A stretch of 64,000 nucleotides of DNA from Actinomycetota bacterium (GCA_039812585.1 JBDIAW010000004.1:10824-74823); one strand, 5' to 3'; numbered from the stretch's first letter, positions 49,386 through 61,066 are shown. The notes: generated by a model from the letters alone, not told the origin. Numbers and translations are program-made.

Positions 49386-50426
49386 ATGTCCGTCCATCTC
49401 GATGAATCATTCGACCCGGAGCAAACCTCTCGGATGCAACAGGGCCTTTCCCACATGAGCCGCAGCGTGCAGCCACAGCTCATGCCCGCGCCTTTGCTGG
49501 CCCACAAGGCTCGGCAGCGCCAGGTGCACCGTTGGCAGGCCAGCGCAGTCTTAGCTGTCGCCGCTATTGCCTTGGTGACCGTAGGAACTGTGCAGCTGAC
49601 CGATCGCAACCAGCAACAGGGCACGATCTATGCCAACACTCCCCCCGCTTCGCAGACTGCGCAGCCAGAGCGGACCACTGCTTCCACCACCAGCCCATCC
49701 ACGACCACCTCCTCAAGCCAGGCCCGGGCGGGAACTTCTTCACCCACCAGTGCTGTCCCCACTGTGCCGCGCAGTTCGTCGGTCAGCAGCCCCTCCACCA
49801 CCGTGAAATCCACCACACCGGCGCGTTCCCCCTCTATTCCTGCCGGTTTCCGCCTGCCCCACGAGGGTGACCCTGCCTGGAAAGTCAACACCAAACCGGC
49901 CTACCTGAGCATGGGCAGCCCCCAGGGGCAACCCACCGTTGCTGTAGAGGCGGCACCGGTGCAGCGCAGCATCATCACCACCACTGCCAAAGGGTGGGAG
50001 GAGGAAACCATTGCGGTGTTCGACAGCCCCGAGAAGGCAATGGAGAAGGTCGCCATGTTTGAACGCTTAGCTACCAGCCCCACAGTGGTCAATGTCAACG
50101 GCATCATGTATAAGCAGCACGAACTGCCTCAACCGCTGCCCAAGAACAGCTACGCCATTACCTACAGCGGCGACTTTCCTCAAACCTCGTGGGACTTCGG
50201 CATGGTCATCATGCGCTCGGAGTGGAACGGCCCAAGTCCCCAGGCAGCAGGGGCAAAGATCGTCGCCTCCGACTACTACTTCGCTGCACAGGTGGGCTCC
50301 ACGCTGGTCATGGTCAGCGGCTACGGTCCCTGGGCCTCTACCGACCACATCCTGCCCACCCCAGAAGCCCGGGATTACTACCAACCTCGCTTACAGGCCA
50401 TGGTGAGTCAACTCTTCCAGCCCTAA
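49386..50426 (+). CDS. Putative single-pass anti-sigma factor, copy 1
   Basis: Short cytoplasmic N-terminus, TM, S/T linker, extracellular domain; directly follows the sigma gene. Confidence 0.7.
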   Translation: MSVHLDESFDPEQTSRMQQGLSHMSRSVQPQLMPAPLLAHKARQRQVHRWQASAVLAVAAIALVTVGTVQLTDRNQQQGTIYANTPPASQTAQPERTTASTTSPSTTTSSSQARAGTSSPTSAVPTVPRSSSVSSPSTTVKSTTPARSPSIPAGFRLPHEGDPAWKVNTKPAYLSMGSPQGQPTVAVEAAPVQRSIITTTAKGWEEETIAVFDSPEKAMEKVAMFERLATSPTVVNVNGIMYKQHELPQPLPKNSYAITYSGDFPQTSWDFGMVIMRSEWNGPSPQAAGAKIVASDYYFAAQVGSTLVMVSGYGPWASTDHILPTPEARDYYQPRLQAMVSQLFQP

Positions 50427-50472
50427 GACCCACCCCCGTCGGAGGGGACTGCAAAAAACCTTCCTCCTGTGG

Positions 50473-50498
50473 GAACCTAGATTGTTGGTGGTGACGTA
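50473..50498 (+). promoter_or_regulatory. ECF-type promoter of sigma gene 2
   Basis: GAACCT-N16-CGTA ending 68 nt before the ATG. Confidence 0.75.
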
Positions 50499-50499
50499 T

Positions 50500-50535
50500 G
50501 CGTAGGCAAGTGTTCTGCAGAGCACTTGCCTACGC
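50500..50535. other. Hairpin between the two sigma/anti-sigma pairs
   Basis: GCGTAGGCAAGTG pairs perfectly with CACTTGCCTACGC (13 bp) and can extend inward. Confidence 0.75.
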
Positions 50536-50565
50536 TTACGGCCGCCAGCCGGCTAGGAGATCCCC

Positions 50566-51132
50566 ATGGATGATGAGCAGTTCCACGACTTTTACGCCGC
50601 TTGCGGGCCGGCGTTAGTCGGGCAGCTTTATGCGATGACGGGGGATGCTGGCCTAGCACAGGATTGTGTGCAGGAAGCATTCATCACGGCCTGGAAACGT
50701 CGAGCCAGTTTAGATCTTGACCTAGGCAACCCCCAAGCATGGGTACGCACCACCGCATGGCGCTACTCTCTGAACCACTGGCGCCGGGCCTCCCGACAGT
50801 TACGCGCCTACCAGCGCCACGGGCTGCCTCCTGATGTCGAGCCTCCCAGCCCGGAGGCGGCCGACCTCTATGCCAAACTGCGCCAATTGCCCACTCCTCA
50901 ACGCCACGTGGTGGTGCTGCACTACTTGTGCGACCTCAGCGTGGAGGACATTGCCGCCGAGACTGGGCTAGCGCTGGGCACGGTGAAGTCACGCCTATAC
51001 CGCGCCAGGGCCGCCCTTGCTGCCCAGCTACGCCCGGCAGCCCCCATCACCTTGCCGGCTCCGGCCGATTCTGAGGAATACCTTCCCGCTTCCAGCCTTT
51101 TGGAAAGGAGACGTCATGCCGCTGCACACTGA
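50566..51132 (+). CDS. ECF sigma factor (SigE-like), copy 2
   Basis: Clear paralogue of copy 1 (GPALVGQLYAM, QDCVQEAFI, LALGTVKSRL shared). Confidence 0.93.
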   Translation: MDDEQFHDFYAACGPALVGQLYAMTGDAGLAQDCVQEAFITAWKRRASLDLDLGNPQAWVRTTAWRYSLNHWRRASRQLRAYQRHGLPPDVEPPSPEAADLYAKLRQLPTPQRHVVVLHYLCDLSVEDIAAETGLALGTVKSRLYRARAALAAQLRPAAPITLPAPADSEEYLPASSLLERRRHAAAH

Positions 51133-52171
51133 TCGCCCCTCCAGCACCCTCACACCCGCTCAAGAGTCCCAGGTGCGTCACAGCCTGAGCCAGGTCAGCG
51201 CGGGAGTGCGCCCCCACCTACGACCCGGCTCCCACCTGGCTGCCACCGTGAACCGGCGTCAGCAACTGCGCGCCTTCACCATCGGGATGCTGGGGATGGT
51301 TGTCCTGGTCAGCGTAGGCCTGACCGCAGCTCAAATGCTGCGTCCTGATGAGGGCAAACCCACCACAGTCGTCGCCAACTCCCCCGGGGTGGGCGCGCCG
51401 ATGAGTAGCGTGGCGGCCTCTCCTGGGGCTGGCACCTCCTCCTCCCCGGCGATGAGCCAGAGCAGCCCGGCGGCGTCCTCCCCCGCATCGAGCAGCAATC
51501 CGCCCTCAGCGAGCTCGCCCAGCTCCACCTCAGTGCAGGCAGCGCTGAGCCATCCCGTGCAGTGGAGCACCGCACCCAGCTCCATGACCTCGGCTCAGCC
51601 TCGCTCCGCACAGCTGCCCTCCACGGCTGCCGAACCCAAGCCGGAAACCCCTCTGCTGCCCGATGAAGGAAAGCCTGGCTGGACTCAGGCCCCTTGGTCG
51701 CGGGCGGATTGCAGCGACAATCACACAGCGACGTTGAGTCAGGCGGTTCGCGGGCAGCGCAGCATCAACTCTGAAGCGCAGGAGTCTTTCACCCGCGAAA
51801 GCGTGGGAATCTTCGCCGACGCAACCTCGGCTCAAGCCTTTCTGGATGACCTGCGTACGCGCAACACCTGTGGAATACGCACTTACGACGCCCAGTCAGG
51901 TACCCACTTCACGGCCCATGCCCTACCGGGTTACGGCGAGGCCAGCCTGCTGTTGCTGCAGTCGTGGTTCAACCAACAACCCGATGGCAACCGCGTCTAC
52001 CCTCCGGGAGGCAGCTACCTGCTGGCTGCCCGGGTCGGGGGCACGGTGGTCCTCGTAGAGGGCTACGGCGAGTGGATCAACTCCATCGACCCCGACCGCC
52101 GCGCGCTGCAAGAGTATGGCGCGATCCTGCAAGTGATGCTCGATCGATTTGGCTCCCTGGACAGCCTGTGA
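51116..52171 (+). CDS. Putative single-pass anti-sigma factor, copy 2
   Basis: Same architecture as copy 1; AARVGGTVVLVEGYGEW resembles AAQVGSTLVMVSGYGPW; AAAGGAG RBS. Confidence 0.7.
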   Translation: MPLHTDRPSSTLTPAQESQVRHSLSQVSAGVRPHLRPGSHLAATVNRRQQLRAFTIGMLGMVVLVSVGLTAAQMLRPDEGKPTTVVANSPGVGAPMSSVAASPGAGTSSSPAMSQSSPAASSPASSSNPPSASSPSSTSVQAALSHPVQWSTAPSSMTSAQPRSAQLPSTAAEPKPETPLLPDEGKPGWTQAPWSRADCSDNHTATLSQAVRGQRSINSEAQESFTRESVGIFADATSAQAFLDDLRTRNTCGIRTYDAQSGTHFTAHALPGYGEASLLLLQSWFNQQPDGNRVYPPGGSYLLAARVGGTVVLVEGYGEWINSIDPDRRALQEYGAILQVMLDRFGSLDSL

Positions 52172-52269
52172 ACTCAGCACCGACGCCGGTGGGGTACTGC
52201 CGGTGGAGGTGAGGTACCCGCCACGTTGTGCAGCAAGGCAGGTGCAGCTTCGGCCCCTGTGGGTTGCTG

Positions 52270-52638
52270 TCAACTGCCGGAGCGCCGCCACACCACGAGG
52301 GCAGTGCCGGTGGTGGTGTAGGGAACAGGCAGATGCGGGTGGCCCTGCTGTCGAGCGGCGGCAAGCTCGCGCAACAACTGCTCAACCTGCTGCTCCAGGG
52401 CCAGGATGCGGCGCACGCCTTCAAGGTTGACTCCCTCGGTGGTGAGCTCGCGGACCCGGTGCAACTGCTGCACATGCTCAAGGGAGTAGCGGCGACCCCC
52501 GCCGGAGGCTCGGCCGGGACTGACAATCTCTAGACGATCGTATTGTCGCAAGGTTTGCGGATGCAGGCCAGTTAAGCTGGCCACCACGGAGATCACGTAC
52601 GTGGTGGGATGCTGTTCCTGCGAGTCACCAGACCACAT
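52270..52638 (-). CDS. hspR: Heat-shock repressor HspR (MerR family)
   Basis: YVISVVASLTGLHPQTLRQYDRL, GGGRRYS, EGVNLEG; last gene of the dnaK operon. Confidence 0.95.
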   Translation of the reverse strand: MWSGDSQEQHPTTYVISVVASLTGLHPQTLRQYDRLEIVSPGRASGGGRRYSLEHVQQLHRVRELTTEGVNLEGVRRILALEQQVEQLLRELAAARQQGHPHLPVPYTTTGTALVVWRRSGS

Positions 52639-52640
52639 CG

Positions 52641-53822
52641 CTACCCCTGACTCCCCTGCGAAGCCCATTCGGCGCGCGGGTTCTCCTCCTTGGTGACCCG
52701 CTGGAACTGCTCCAACGCCTCCTTAGCCGCGCTGGAAAGCCGTTGGGGCACCACGATGGAGACGGTGGCCAGCAAATCGCCAGCGACGCCATCTTTTTGG
52801 GTCACCCCCTTGCCACGGATGCGGAAGGTGCGCCCGTTGGCGGTGCCGGGGGGTACCTTGACCGTGACCGCCGGGCCGTGCAGAGTCGGCACGCTGATGT
52901 GGGCGCCCAAAGCTGCCTCAGCAAACGTGATCGGCACGGTGATCGTCAGCGCCGTGCCTTTGCGACCAAACAGCTTGTGCGCAGTGACGTGCACCACGAC
53001 GAACAAATCGCCTGCTGGGCCGCCATTTTCACCCGGCCCACCTTTGCCTTTGAGGCGAATCCGCTGCCCGTCGTGCACCCCAGCGGGGATACGCACATTC
53101 ATGGTGTGGGTACTAGGAGCCCTTCCGCTGCCCCCGCACACCAGGCAGGGGCTATCCACGATGAGCCCCCGCCCCTTGCAGGTGGCGCACGGCTGCGCAA
53201 AAGCGAATCCGCCGGCATTGCGGCTGGTCGTGCCCGTGCCCGCACACGCCGGGCAGGTGTTGGGAAGGTTGGCTTGGCGATCCCCGGTACCCCGGCAGGC
53301 AGTGCAAGGCGCTTCGCTACTCATTCGCAGCGGCAGAGTGAGGCCTTGAGCGGCGTCGGTGAAGGAAAGGGTGACCTCGGACTCCACATCGGTGCCGCGT
53401 CGGGGGCTGCCGCGAGTTGCGCCGGTGCGACTGTGCCCGAATAGGCCGCCCAGCACATCGCCTATGCCTCCACTAGGCCCACCGGAGCTGGTTCCAAACA
53501 GGTCACCAAAGTCGAACCCTGGCGTGGTTTGGGCGTTGAAGCCCCCGCCTGCGTGACGCGGGCCAGCACGGAAACCTCCTCGCCCACCGAAGAGGATGCG
53601 GGCATCGTCGTACTCTTTGCGCTGCTTGGCATCGGAGAGCACGTCATAGGCCTGGGAAATCTCCTTGAACTTCTCCTCCGCCTGCTTATCCCCTTTGTTG
53701 GCGTCTGGGTGATATTGGCGGGCCAGCTTGCGGTACGCCTTTTTGATCTCCTCGGGGGTGGAGTCTTTGGGCACGCCAAGGGTCTTGTAGAAGTCCTTGT
53801 TCACATAGTCCTGCGCGCTCAT
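52641..53822 (-). CDS. dnaJ: Chaperone DnaJ
   Basis: J domain with HPD; four CxxCxGxG repeats. Confidence 0.98.
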   Translation of the reverse strand: MSAQDYVNKDFYKTLGVPKDSTPEEIKKAYRKLARQYHPDANKGDKQAEEKFKEISQAYDVLSDAKQRKEYDDARILFGGRGGFRAGPRHAGGGFNAQTTPGFDFGDLFGTSSGGPSGGIGDVLGGLFGHSRTGATRGSPRRGTDVESEVTLSFTDAAQGLTLPLRMSSEAPCTACRGTGDRQANLPNTCPACAGTGTTSRNAGGFAFAQPCATCKGRGLIVDSPCLVCGGSGRAPSTHTMNVRIPAGVHDGQRIRLKGKGGPGENGGPAGDLFVVVHVTAHKLFGRKGTALTITVPITFAEAALGAHISVPTLHGPAVTVKVPPGTANGRTFRIRGKGVTQKDGVAGDLLATVSIVVPQRLSSAAKEALEQFQRVTKEENPRAEWASQGSQG

Positions 53823-53849
53823 CGCCGCCCCCTTTCTGCAAGCTCGTTC

Positions 53850-54686
53850 CTAGGCTGCTGGTTGTGGATCGGCAACGGCTACACGCGCGGGGCGCAACAG
53901 CCGCTCGCCCATCATGTAGCCCGCCTGCAACACCTGCACTGCCGTGGTTTGGGTGACCTCATCACTGTGGGTGTGCATCATGGCGTCGTGGATGTTGGGG
54001 TCAAAAGCATCGCCAGGCTGACCAAACTTCACCACACCCAAACGTTGCATGCTCTGCTCCAATGCCTCACCCACGGATTTGAATCCGCCCGTCAGGTCAC
54101 CGTGCTCGCGCGCCCGATCAATGTCGTCCAACAGAGGGAGCAGACCGGTCAGCACGCCTGCGATGGCTTGCTGTTTGATGGTTTCTCGTTCCTTTTCCAC
54201 ACGGCGGCGATAGTTGGCGTACTCCGCAGTGACCCGTTGCAGATCTGCGGTGCGTTCGGCCAGTTGGGTGGCCGGATCGGCTTGCGCCCCGGCAGCCGGA
54301 GTCGCTGGAGGTGGCGTTGGCTGCGTTGGCTGCTGCGGTTGTTGCGGTTGTTGCGGTTGGGTAGGAGCTGCCGGTGTCGGCGCAGTAGCCGCCGAGGTGT
54401 CGGCGTAGGCCTTGGTCGCAGCCGCCACTTTAGCCGCATGGGCAGCATGGGCGTTTTCTGTGGCCACCTTGGCAGTGGTCGTCTCCTCCGCAGTGGGAGA
54501 GGCAGTGGGAGAGGCAGCGGGGGAGTTGGACATGCCGGCCCCTCCGAACAGTGACTCGTAGGGGGGAGGGCTGGCAGGGGTGCTCACCTGCTCGCGTACC
54601 CTCCCCGTTTCGGGGTCGATACGCCGCTTGTCGCGCACCACAGGGCCGGACGAAGGGGTCTCATCAGCGTTAGGCGAGGAGGTCAC
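53850..54686 (-). CDS. grpE: Nucleotide exchange factor GrpE with a long low-complexity N-terminus
   Basis: AEYANYRRR, LLPLLDD, FDPNIHDA, GYMMGERLLRPARVAV; AAGGAG RBS. Confidence 0.95.
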   Translation of the reverse strand: MTSSPNADETPSSGPVVRDKRRIDPETGRVREQVSTPASPPPYESLFGGAGMSNSPAASPTASPTAEETTTAKVATENAHAAHAAKVAAATKAYADTSAATAPTPAAPTQPQQPQQPQQPTQPTPPPATPAAGAQADPATQLAERTADLQRVTAEYANYRRRVEKERETIKQQAIAGVLTGLLPLLDDIDRAREHGDLTGGFKSVGEALEQSMQRLGVVKFGQPGDAFDPNIHDAMMHTHSDEVTQTTAVQVLQAGYMMGERLLRPARVAVADPQPAA

Positions 54687-54741
54687 CGTCACACTCCTTG
54701 TCAAAAAACCGTTGAAATATAAGGAAAAACAGAGATTGATG

Positions 54742-54776
54742 CCCGGGTCTGACCGTGACTGCTGGTCAGACCCGGG
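54742..54776 (-). terminator. 13-bp hairpin between dnaK and grpE
   Basis: CCCGGGTCTGACC-N9-GGTCAGACCCGGG just after the dnaK stop. Confidence 0.7.
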
Positions 54777-54785
54777 GAAAGTGCG

Positions 54786-56660
<1,875 letters not shown>

Positions 56661-56704
56661 GGGATTCTCCTTGCGATTGGGATGGTTGATCGACGAGAAG
56701 CGAA

Positions 56705-56725
56705 GTTGAGCGTTCGGGACTCAAC
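56705..56725. promoter_or_regulatory. HAIR operator (HspR site), proximal
   Basis: GTTGAGC-N7-ACTCAAC. Confidence 0.85.
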
Positions 56726-56740
56726 TTAGCCTGCCATCTC

Positions 56741-56767
56741 CAACCATGCAACCGGGTTGAGTGTTCC
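56741..56767 (-). promoter_or_regulatory. SigR/SigH-type promoter of dnaK
   Basis: Minus strand reads GGAAC-N18-GTTG; its -35 lies inside the distal HAIR. Confidence 0.78.
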
Positions 56768-56776
56768 CGACTCAAC
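56756..56776. promoter_or_regulatory. HAIR operator (HspR site), distal
   Basis: Perfect GTTGAGT-N7-ACTCAAC. Confidence 0.9.
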
Positions 56777-56804
56777 TTTTATTTTTGTCTAGGGCTGAGG
56801 GTAA

Positions 56805-57212
56805 TCAACTCCAGGCCCGGGCGACCATCACACCCAACCCGGCAGCCCCCAGACCGACCACCAGGCAGGCACTGGCGTAGGTGACTGCGCGGCGATAACA
56901 GCCCTGCTCCACGTGACGAAGCAGCTCAAAAGAGAAGGTGGAGTAAGTCGTCAAGGCCCCGCAGAAACCAACGCCCACCAGGTCTCGACGCCATCCCTGC
57001 CAGCCCGCACCCACCATCAGGCCCAGGAGCAGACTGCCGATCACGTTGACCCCCAGGGTGGCCCACGGGAAGGGGGAAGGGTCGGCAGGAGAGTCACCCG
57101 CCCGCGAGCCCGGACGGCGCTGCCACCACCAATCGGCCAGGTAGCGGCTGGCCCCTCCGAGCATCGCCCCCGTAGTGACTGCTGCAGCTGCGGCCCAGCT
57201 GAGGTCCCTCAT
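56805..57212 (-). CDS. crcB: Fluoride channel CrcB/FluC, subunit 2
   Basis: FPWATLGVNVIGS, GFCGALTTYSTF; ATGA overlap with its partner. Confidence 0.92.
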   Translation of the reverse strand: MRDLSWAAAAAVTTGAMLGGASRYLADWWWQRRPGSRAGDSPADPSPFPWATLGVNVIGSLLLGLMVGAGWQGWRRDLVGVGFCGALTTYSTFSFELLRHVEQGCYRRAVTYASACLVVGLGAAGLGVMVARAWS

Positions 57213-57730
57213 GGGTGCAACCCCTTGCGGTGCCGACTCCCCCACACCCCTGCACCCCTCCCCATCGTCTGCCCCACCCACACGGCCAGCACCCCACCCA
57301 GCGAGGTCCCCGCGAGATACCCACCCGCAGCCAGCCAGCGGCCCTGATCAACCAACCCCACGACATCCACCGCGAAGGTGGAGAAGGTGGTGAAGCCGCC
57401 CAACACTCCAGTCGCCAGAGCTGGGCGCAGCAGCAGGTGCCACCGCGCCTGGGTGGCCTGGCTCCCCAAACGAGCCAACACAGCCATGAGCAGGCCCATC
57501 GCCGCACATCCGGCAAGGTTGATCGCTGCGGTGACCAGCAGCGGACGGGCCGGTAAGGCCAGGCCCAGCAACCAGCGGGCCCAAGCTCCCCCGGCGGCGC
57601 CCAACGCCACCGCAATCAAGGCCGCCGATAGGGGCAACGCCGGTTGGGGGACCTCAGGAGCATCATCGATCAGGTGCAGGGGTAACTCGTGGCCAGTGAC
57701 CGGGTCGCGCGGGAGCGGCGAATGCTGCAT
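57209..57730 (-). CDS. crcB: Fluoride channel CrcB/FluC, subunit 1
   Basis: ALGAAGGAWARW, INLAGC, GVLGGFTTFSTF. Confidence 0.92.
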   Translation of the reverse strand: MQHSPLPRDPVTGHELPLHLIDDAPEVPQPALPLSAALIAVALGAAGGAWARWLLGLALPARPLLVTAAINLAGCAAMGLLMAVLARLGSQATQARWHLLLRPALATGVLGGFTTFSTFAVDVVGLVDQGRWLAAGGYLAGTSLGGVLAVWVGQTMGRGAGVWGSRHRKGLHP

Positions 57731-57825
57731 CGACCCTCCCCGCTCCCCCACCTGCCCCTAGGCTGAACACCAGCACGTTACCGCTGCGGCCGTCCCGGCT
57801 GCGCGACCACCACGAGGAGGCAGGC

Positions 57826-58113
57826 ATGGCAGGCGCAGGATTGGCGTGGAAGCTGGTCGGCACAGGGGCGGCGATAGGAGCGGGGATTGCGGCACGCAAG
57901 GTGCTGACCACCACGTGGACGGTCTCCACGGGCAAGCAGCCCCCCGCCAACCCGGTCGACCCTGACGTGGAGTTGTGGGAGGCCGTGGCCTGGGCAGCGG
58001 TCAGCGGAGCCCTCATCGGCCTGGTGCGGATGCTGGCCACCCGTAACAGCGCCAAGTGGTGGATTCACACCACCGGCAACTACCCCCCCAAGATGCAGCA
58101 AGCCAGCGCCTAG
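57826..58113 (+). CDS. DUF4235-family membrane protein
   Basis: WKLVG, TW...TGKQPPANP.DPDVELWEAVAWA. Confidence 0.85.
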   Translation: MAGAGLAWKLVGTGAAIGAGIAARKVLTTTWTVSTGKQPPANPVDPDVELWEAVAWAAVSGALIGLVRMLATRNSAKWWIHTTGNYPPKMQQASA

Positions 58114-59645
58114 ACCACTGGTGGCTCTGGATTTTCAAGGGTCTGTCCCGGATCGGGCGCCGGCTCGGGCTGAGGCGCGATAGGGGCAGGGACCACAACG
58201 ATCACCGGGTTGGGCAGGGGTTGATCTCCATTGCCACTGGTGGGGAACTGCTCCAGCTCCTCTGGGCGCGGGTTGGGCTCCACGACCGGGATGGGGAACG
58301 GGTCGTTGACCGGCTCCGGGTCAGGCTCAGGGGTCGGGTCAGCGTTGGGCAGGCCAACCGTGCCATCTGGAGACACCGGCGTAGGCGTGGGGTCCGGTTG
58401 CTGCGGTGCTGAGCTGGGCTCGGAGGGATCAGCCGGCGGCTGCGTTGGCTCCGGCCCGGTTGGCTGCGTTGGCTCCGGCTGCGGCTCCGGCTCGGTCTGG
58501 GGCGGCTGCTCCGGCTGCGGCTCCACCGCAGGGGTGGCCAACGGCACGCTAGAGCTGACCACACTGCCTTGCTCTGTGGCCGAGACCAGCACATACTCGC
58601 GTTGCTGCCCGAGGGTGCCCTGCCCGTCAGGGACCTGGCGCACCGCCGGCACATGCCACACTGCCACGGCGGGAGCTGCTGGCTCAACGGGAACTACAGG
58701 ATCGCCGGAGGTGGTGTGGGCGCCCACCACGACGACACCGAGGCTGACCGGCTCGGGCAGCGCGTGGGGGCCTACCGCATCCACGCTGGCCTGCTCCTGC
58801 AAGGCCGGGTCAGACCACCACAACTGCACACTGCCCGCCTGCCACGTTGAGGCGCCATCAACGGGAGACGCGTTGGCCTGCAAGTACTCCAAGGCGCTCG
58901 CGCTGGCCTGCTGGGCAGTGGTGGAGACTTCGCAAGCGCAGACAGGGGCAGTGCTCAGCGTCCCACTGACCACCAGCTGATTGCCTTCCTGGCCAGAGCG
59001 CACTTGCACCAAAGCTCCCAGCACCGGCACTGCTCCCACCACCTGGCGATAAAGGGCCACCAACTGTGGGTCATCGCCGGGTAGAGCCACCGGCACCAGG
59101 GTGGCCTCAACCGGTAACTGTTGGGTGGCCACCCAACGGGCGACCTCCTGGGCTGGGTCTGGTTGGGCAGGCTCAGGCTCCGGCTCAGGGGTGGTCGTGG
59201 AGGTGGAGGTGGGCTCCGGCGCAGCAGTGGGGCTAGGTTCGGCGCTGGGCTGCGGAGAGGGCTGCGGCACAGGCGTGAGGGTGGCCACCGCCGTGGGGAC
59301 AGACACCGGGGTGGGCTGGGGAGCCAAGGCGGCGGCGCGTTGGCTGGGAGTGAGGAAGGCCAAGGCAGGGTCGGGAATGGACTGAGCCTGCCAGGGAGCT
59401 AGCGACGGGAGCTCCGGTGCGGCAGGGGCCGACCCCTGCCGGGAGAGGTGGCCGCCCCCAGGGGCATCTGCTCCAGCAGCGGGCGACTGGCCGGGCAGGG
59501 CGGGAAGGTCGGTACCGGGCACCCCGACCCGGGGCAGCTGGGGATCATGGAACGCGTCGTTGACCACTGGCGCGCCAGCCAGCAAGGCCACCGAGGTTAA
59601 CGCTGCGGCAGCCACGCCGACTGGGAGAAGCTTCAGCAGGGACAC
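58110..59645 (-). CDS. Secreted Pro-rich protein with FTP/PepSY-like propeptide segments and no protease domain
   Basis: Signal-like N-terminus; LYRQVVGAVPVLGALVQV; AVWHV...EYVLVSATEQGSVV; no HExxH; PEP/PQP tail. Confidence 0.55.
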   Translation of the reverse strand: MSLLKLLPVGVAAAALTSVALLAGAPVVNDAFHDPQLPRVGVPGTDLPALPGQSPAAGADAPGGGHLSRQGSAPAAPELPSLAPWQAQSIPDPALAFLTPSQRAAALAPQPTPVSVPTAVATLTPVPQPSPQPSAEPSPTAAPEPTSTSTTTPEPEPEPAQPDPAQEVARWVATQQLPVEATLVPVALPGDDPQLVALYRQVVGAVPVLGALVQVRSGQEGNQLVVSGTLSTAPVCACEVSTTAQQASASALEYLQANASPVDGASTWQAGSVQLWWSDPALQEQASVDAVGPHALPEPVSLGVVVVGAHTTSGDPVVPVEPAAPAVAVWHVPAVRQVPDGQGTLGQQREYVLVSATEQGSVVSSSVPLATPAVEPQPEQPPQTEPEPQPEPTQPTGPEPTQPPADPSEPSSAPQQPDPTPTPVSPDGTVGLPNADPTPEPDPEPVNDPFPIPVVEPNPRPEELEQFPTSGNGDQPLPNPVIVVVPAPIAPQPEPAPDPGQTLENPEPPVV

Positions 59646-59844
59646 GCTGACCTCTTCGCGCTGACGGAAGGCCGCGCCCGTCGGTGCCATAGGGGATGGT
59701 GGCGACCTAATGATGGCATCGTCGCCTGCACGGGCGGGGTGTAGGGCGGATCTGGATAGTCCATTCGGGTTGTGCCCCGTTATGCCCCAACTGATGGGGG
59801 TTTTCCGGCGAAAGTTCACCCCAACAAAACGGACACAGTCACAG

Positions 59845-60828
59845 TTAGGCCCACCCGGCCAGCATCGCGGCAGTGATCGGACCGTAAAGATGCGGGGCCA
59901 GGTTGTCATCCACACACAGCACCCCATCGGTGCGACCCTGGTGCTGGGCATAAGGCAGAGCCACATCGTTGACGTCGGCGATGCTGATGGTGGGGAGTCC
60001 ACGGGCGATGGCGGCCCCGGCCAACCCGTGATCGGCAATGACCAGGTCGACGTGCTCGTGCAGGTCAGGCAGGGTGACAGCATCGGTGGGGTGCGGGGGC
60101 GGTTGTACCCCGGCCAAGGCAGCCAGCATCGCCACCATCAGGTCGGGCCGGTGCGTGTGGTACAGGTTCGCGCCCGTGGACAACATCGCTACACCCGCGT
60201 AGTAGCGCACCCGGGGCATCCGAATGTCGCGAACTTTCGGCTCATAAGTAGAGGGCAACTGCTGCTCAGCAGCCGGCGTGAGGACGCGGCAGCCACGGTT
60301 GGCTAACGCAGCCAACAGCGGTGCGTAATGCACTTGCAAGCAGGTGGGATGCCCGGTGGCGCACAGCACCCGACCTTTGGTGCGGGCCACCGTGGCCAGG
60401 GCTTGGCGGTGGTGCTCGATGCCGGCCAGGGTCAGGTCCGGGTCGATCCATCCAGGCCGCTGGCAGTAGGCAGCCAAGAGCGGGTCGGCGGGCAGGCGGT
60501 GCGTGTCGCTATCCCTCCGCTTGTCCTCCTCCACCCGACTGCCGGGCTGGGCCCCCTGGTCGTGGAGCTCCTGCTGCCAACCCTTGGCGGCCAGCATCAA
60601 CTCCCCAGTCGGGTCGCCGCACAGAGCCGCGACGGCAGCGGCAGTCTCGGTTATCGGCGGCAGCTGCCCGCTAGCCCGCTGCGGGTCCAGCAGCCCAAAG
60701 CAGCTGTAGTACACCCCCTCCCAGATCTCGCGGCACTTGCGCAACGTGTTACCCGGATCGGTCGCCACCTCCCCGGCCAAGGCATTGTCGATCAGGTGTT
60801 TGCGCAGGGTTTGGGTGGCCTGAGGCAT
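59845..60828 (-). CDS. Actinobacterial phosphatase-family protein (PF15698-like)
   Basis: IDPDLT, ATGHP, HTHRP, DLVIADHG.AGAA, ADVND, DDN; beside tRNA-Gly. Confidence 0.8.
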   Translation of the reverse strand: MPQATQTLRKHLIDNALAGEVATDPGNTLRKCREIWEGVYYSCFGLLDPQRASGQLPPITETAAAVAALCGDPTGELMLAAKGWQQELHDQGAQPGSRVEEDKRRDSDTHRLPADPLLAAYCQRPGWIDPDLTLAGIEHHRQALATVARTKGRVLCATGHPTCLQVHYAPLLAALANRGCRVLTPAAEQQLPSTYEPKVRDIRMPRVRYYAGVAMLSTGANLYHTHRPDLMVAMLAALAGVQPPPHPTDAVTLPDLHEHVDLVIADHGLAGAAIARGLPTISIADVNDVALPYAQHQGRTDGVLCVDDNLAPHLYGPITAAMLAGWA

Positions 60829-60992
60829 ACAGTCCTTTCTGTGGAGGTGGGGCGACGCGCCCCACCTCCATTGTCTCTCGCCTAGTCCACCGAAAAACTC
60901 GGTGTGCACATCTAGCGGAGACCGACTACGATGAACGACGCCATCACCGCAGCGGCAGGAGCAACCGAACCTGAAGCTGCCGTGTGGTCCAT

Positions 60993-61066
60993 GCGGGCGT
61001 AGTTCAATGGCAGAACATCAGCTTCCCAAGCTGATAGTGCGAGTTCGATTCTCGTCGCCCGCTCCA
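60993..61066 (+). tRNA. tRNA-Gly (CCC)
   Basis: GCGGGCG/CGCCCGC acceptor stem, anticodon arm TCAGC-TTCCCAA-GCTGA, GTTCGA T-loop, encoded CCA. Confidence 0.97.

Noticed and set aside
57730-57826. Fluoride riboswitch before crcB
   Set aside because: No GATGG-N-TTC...CTGATG pattern in the short upstream region
59646-59844. c-di-AMP (ydaO) riboswitch
   Set aside because: Only isolated GGGGTGAA and CCCGAA words match; the other conserved elements are missing or out of order
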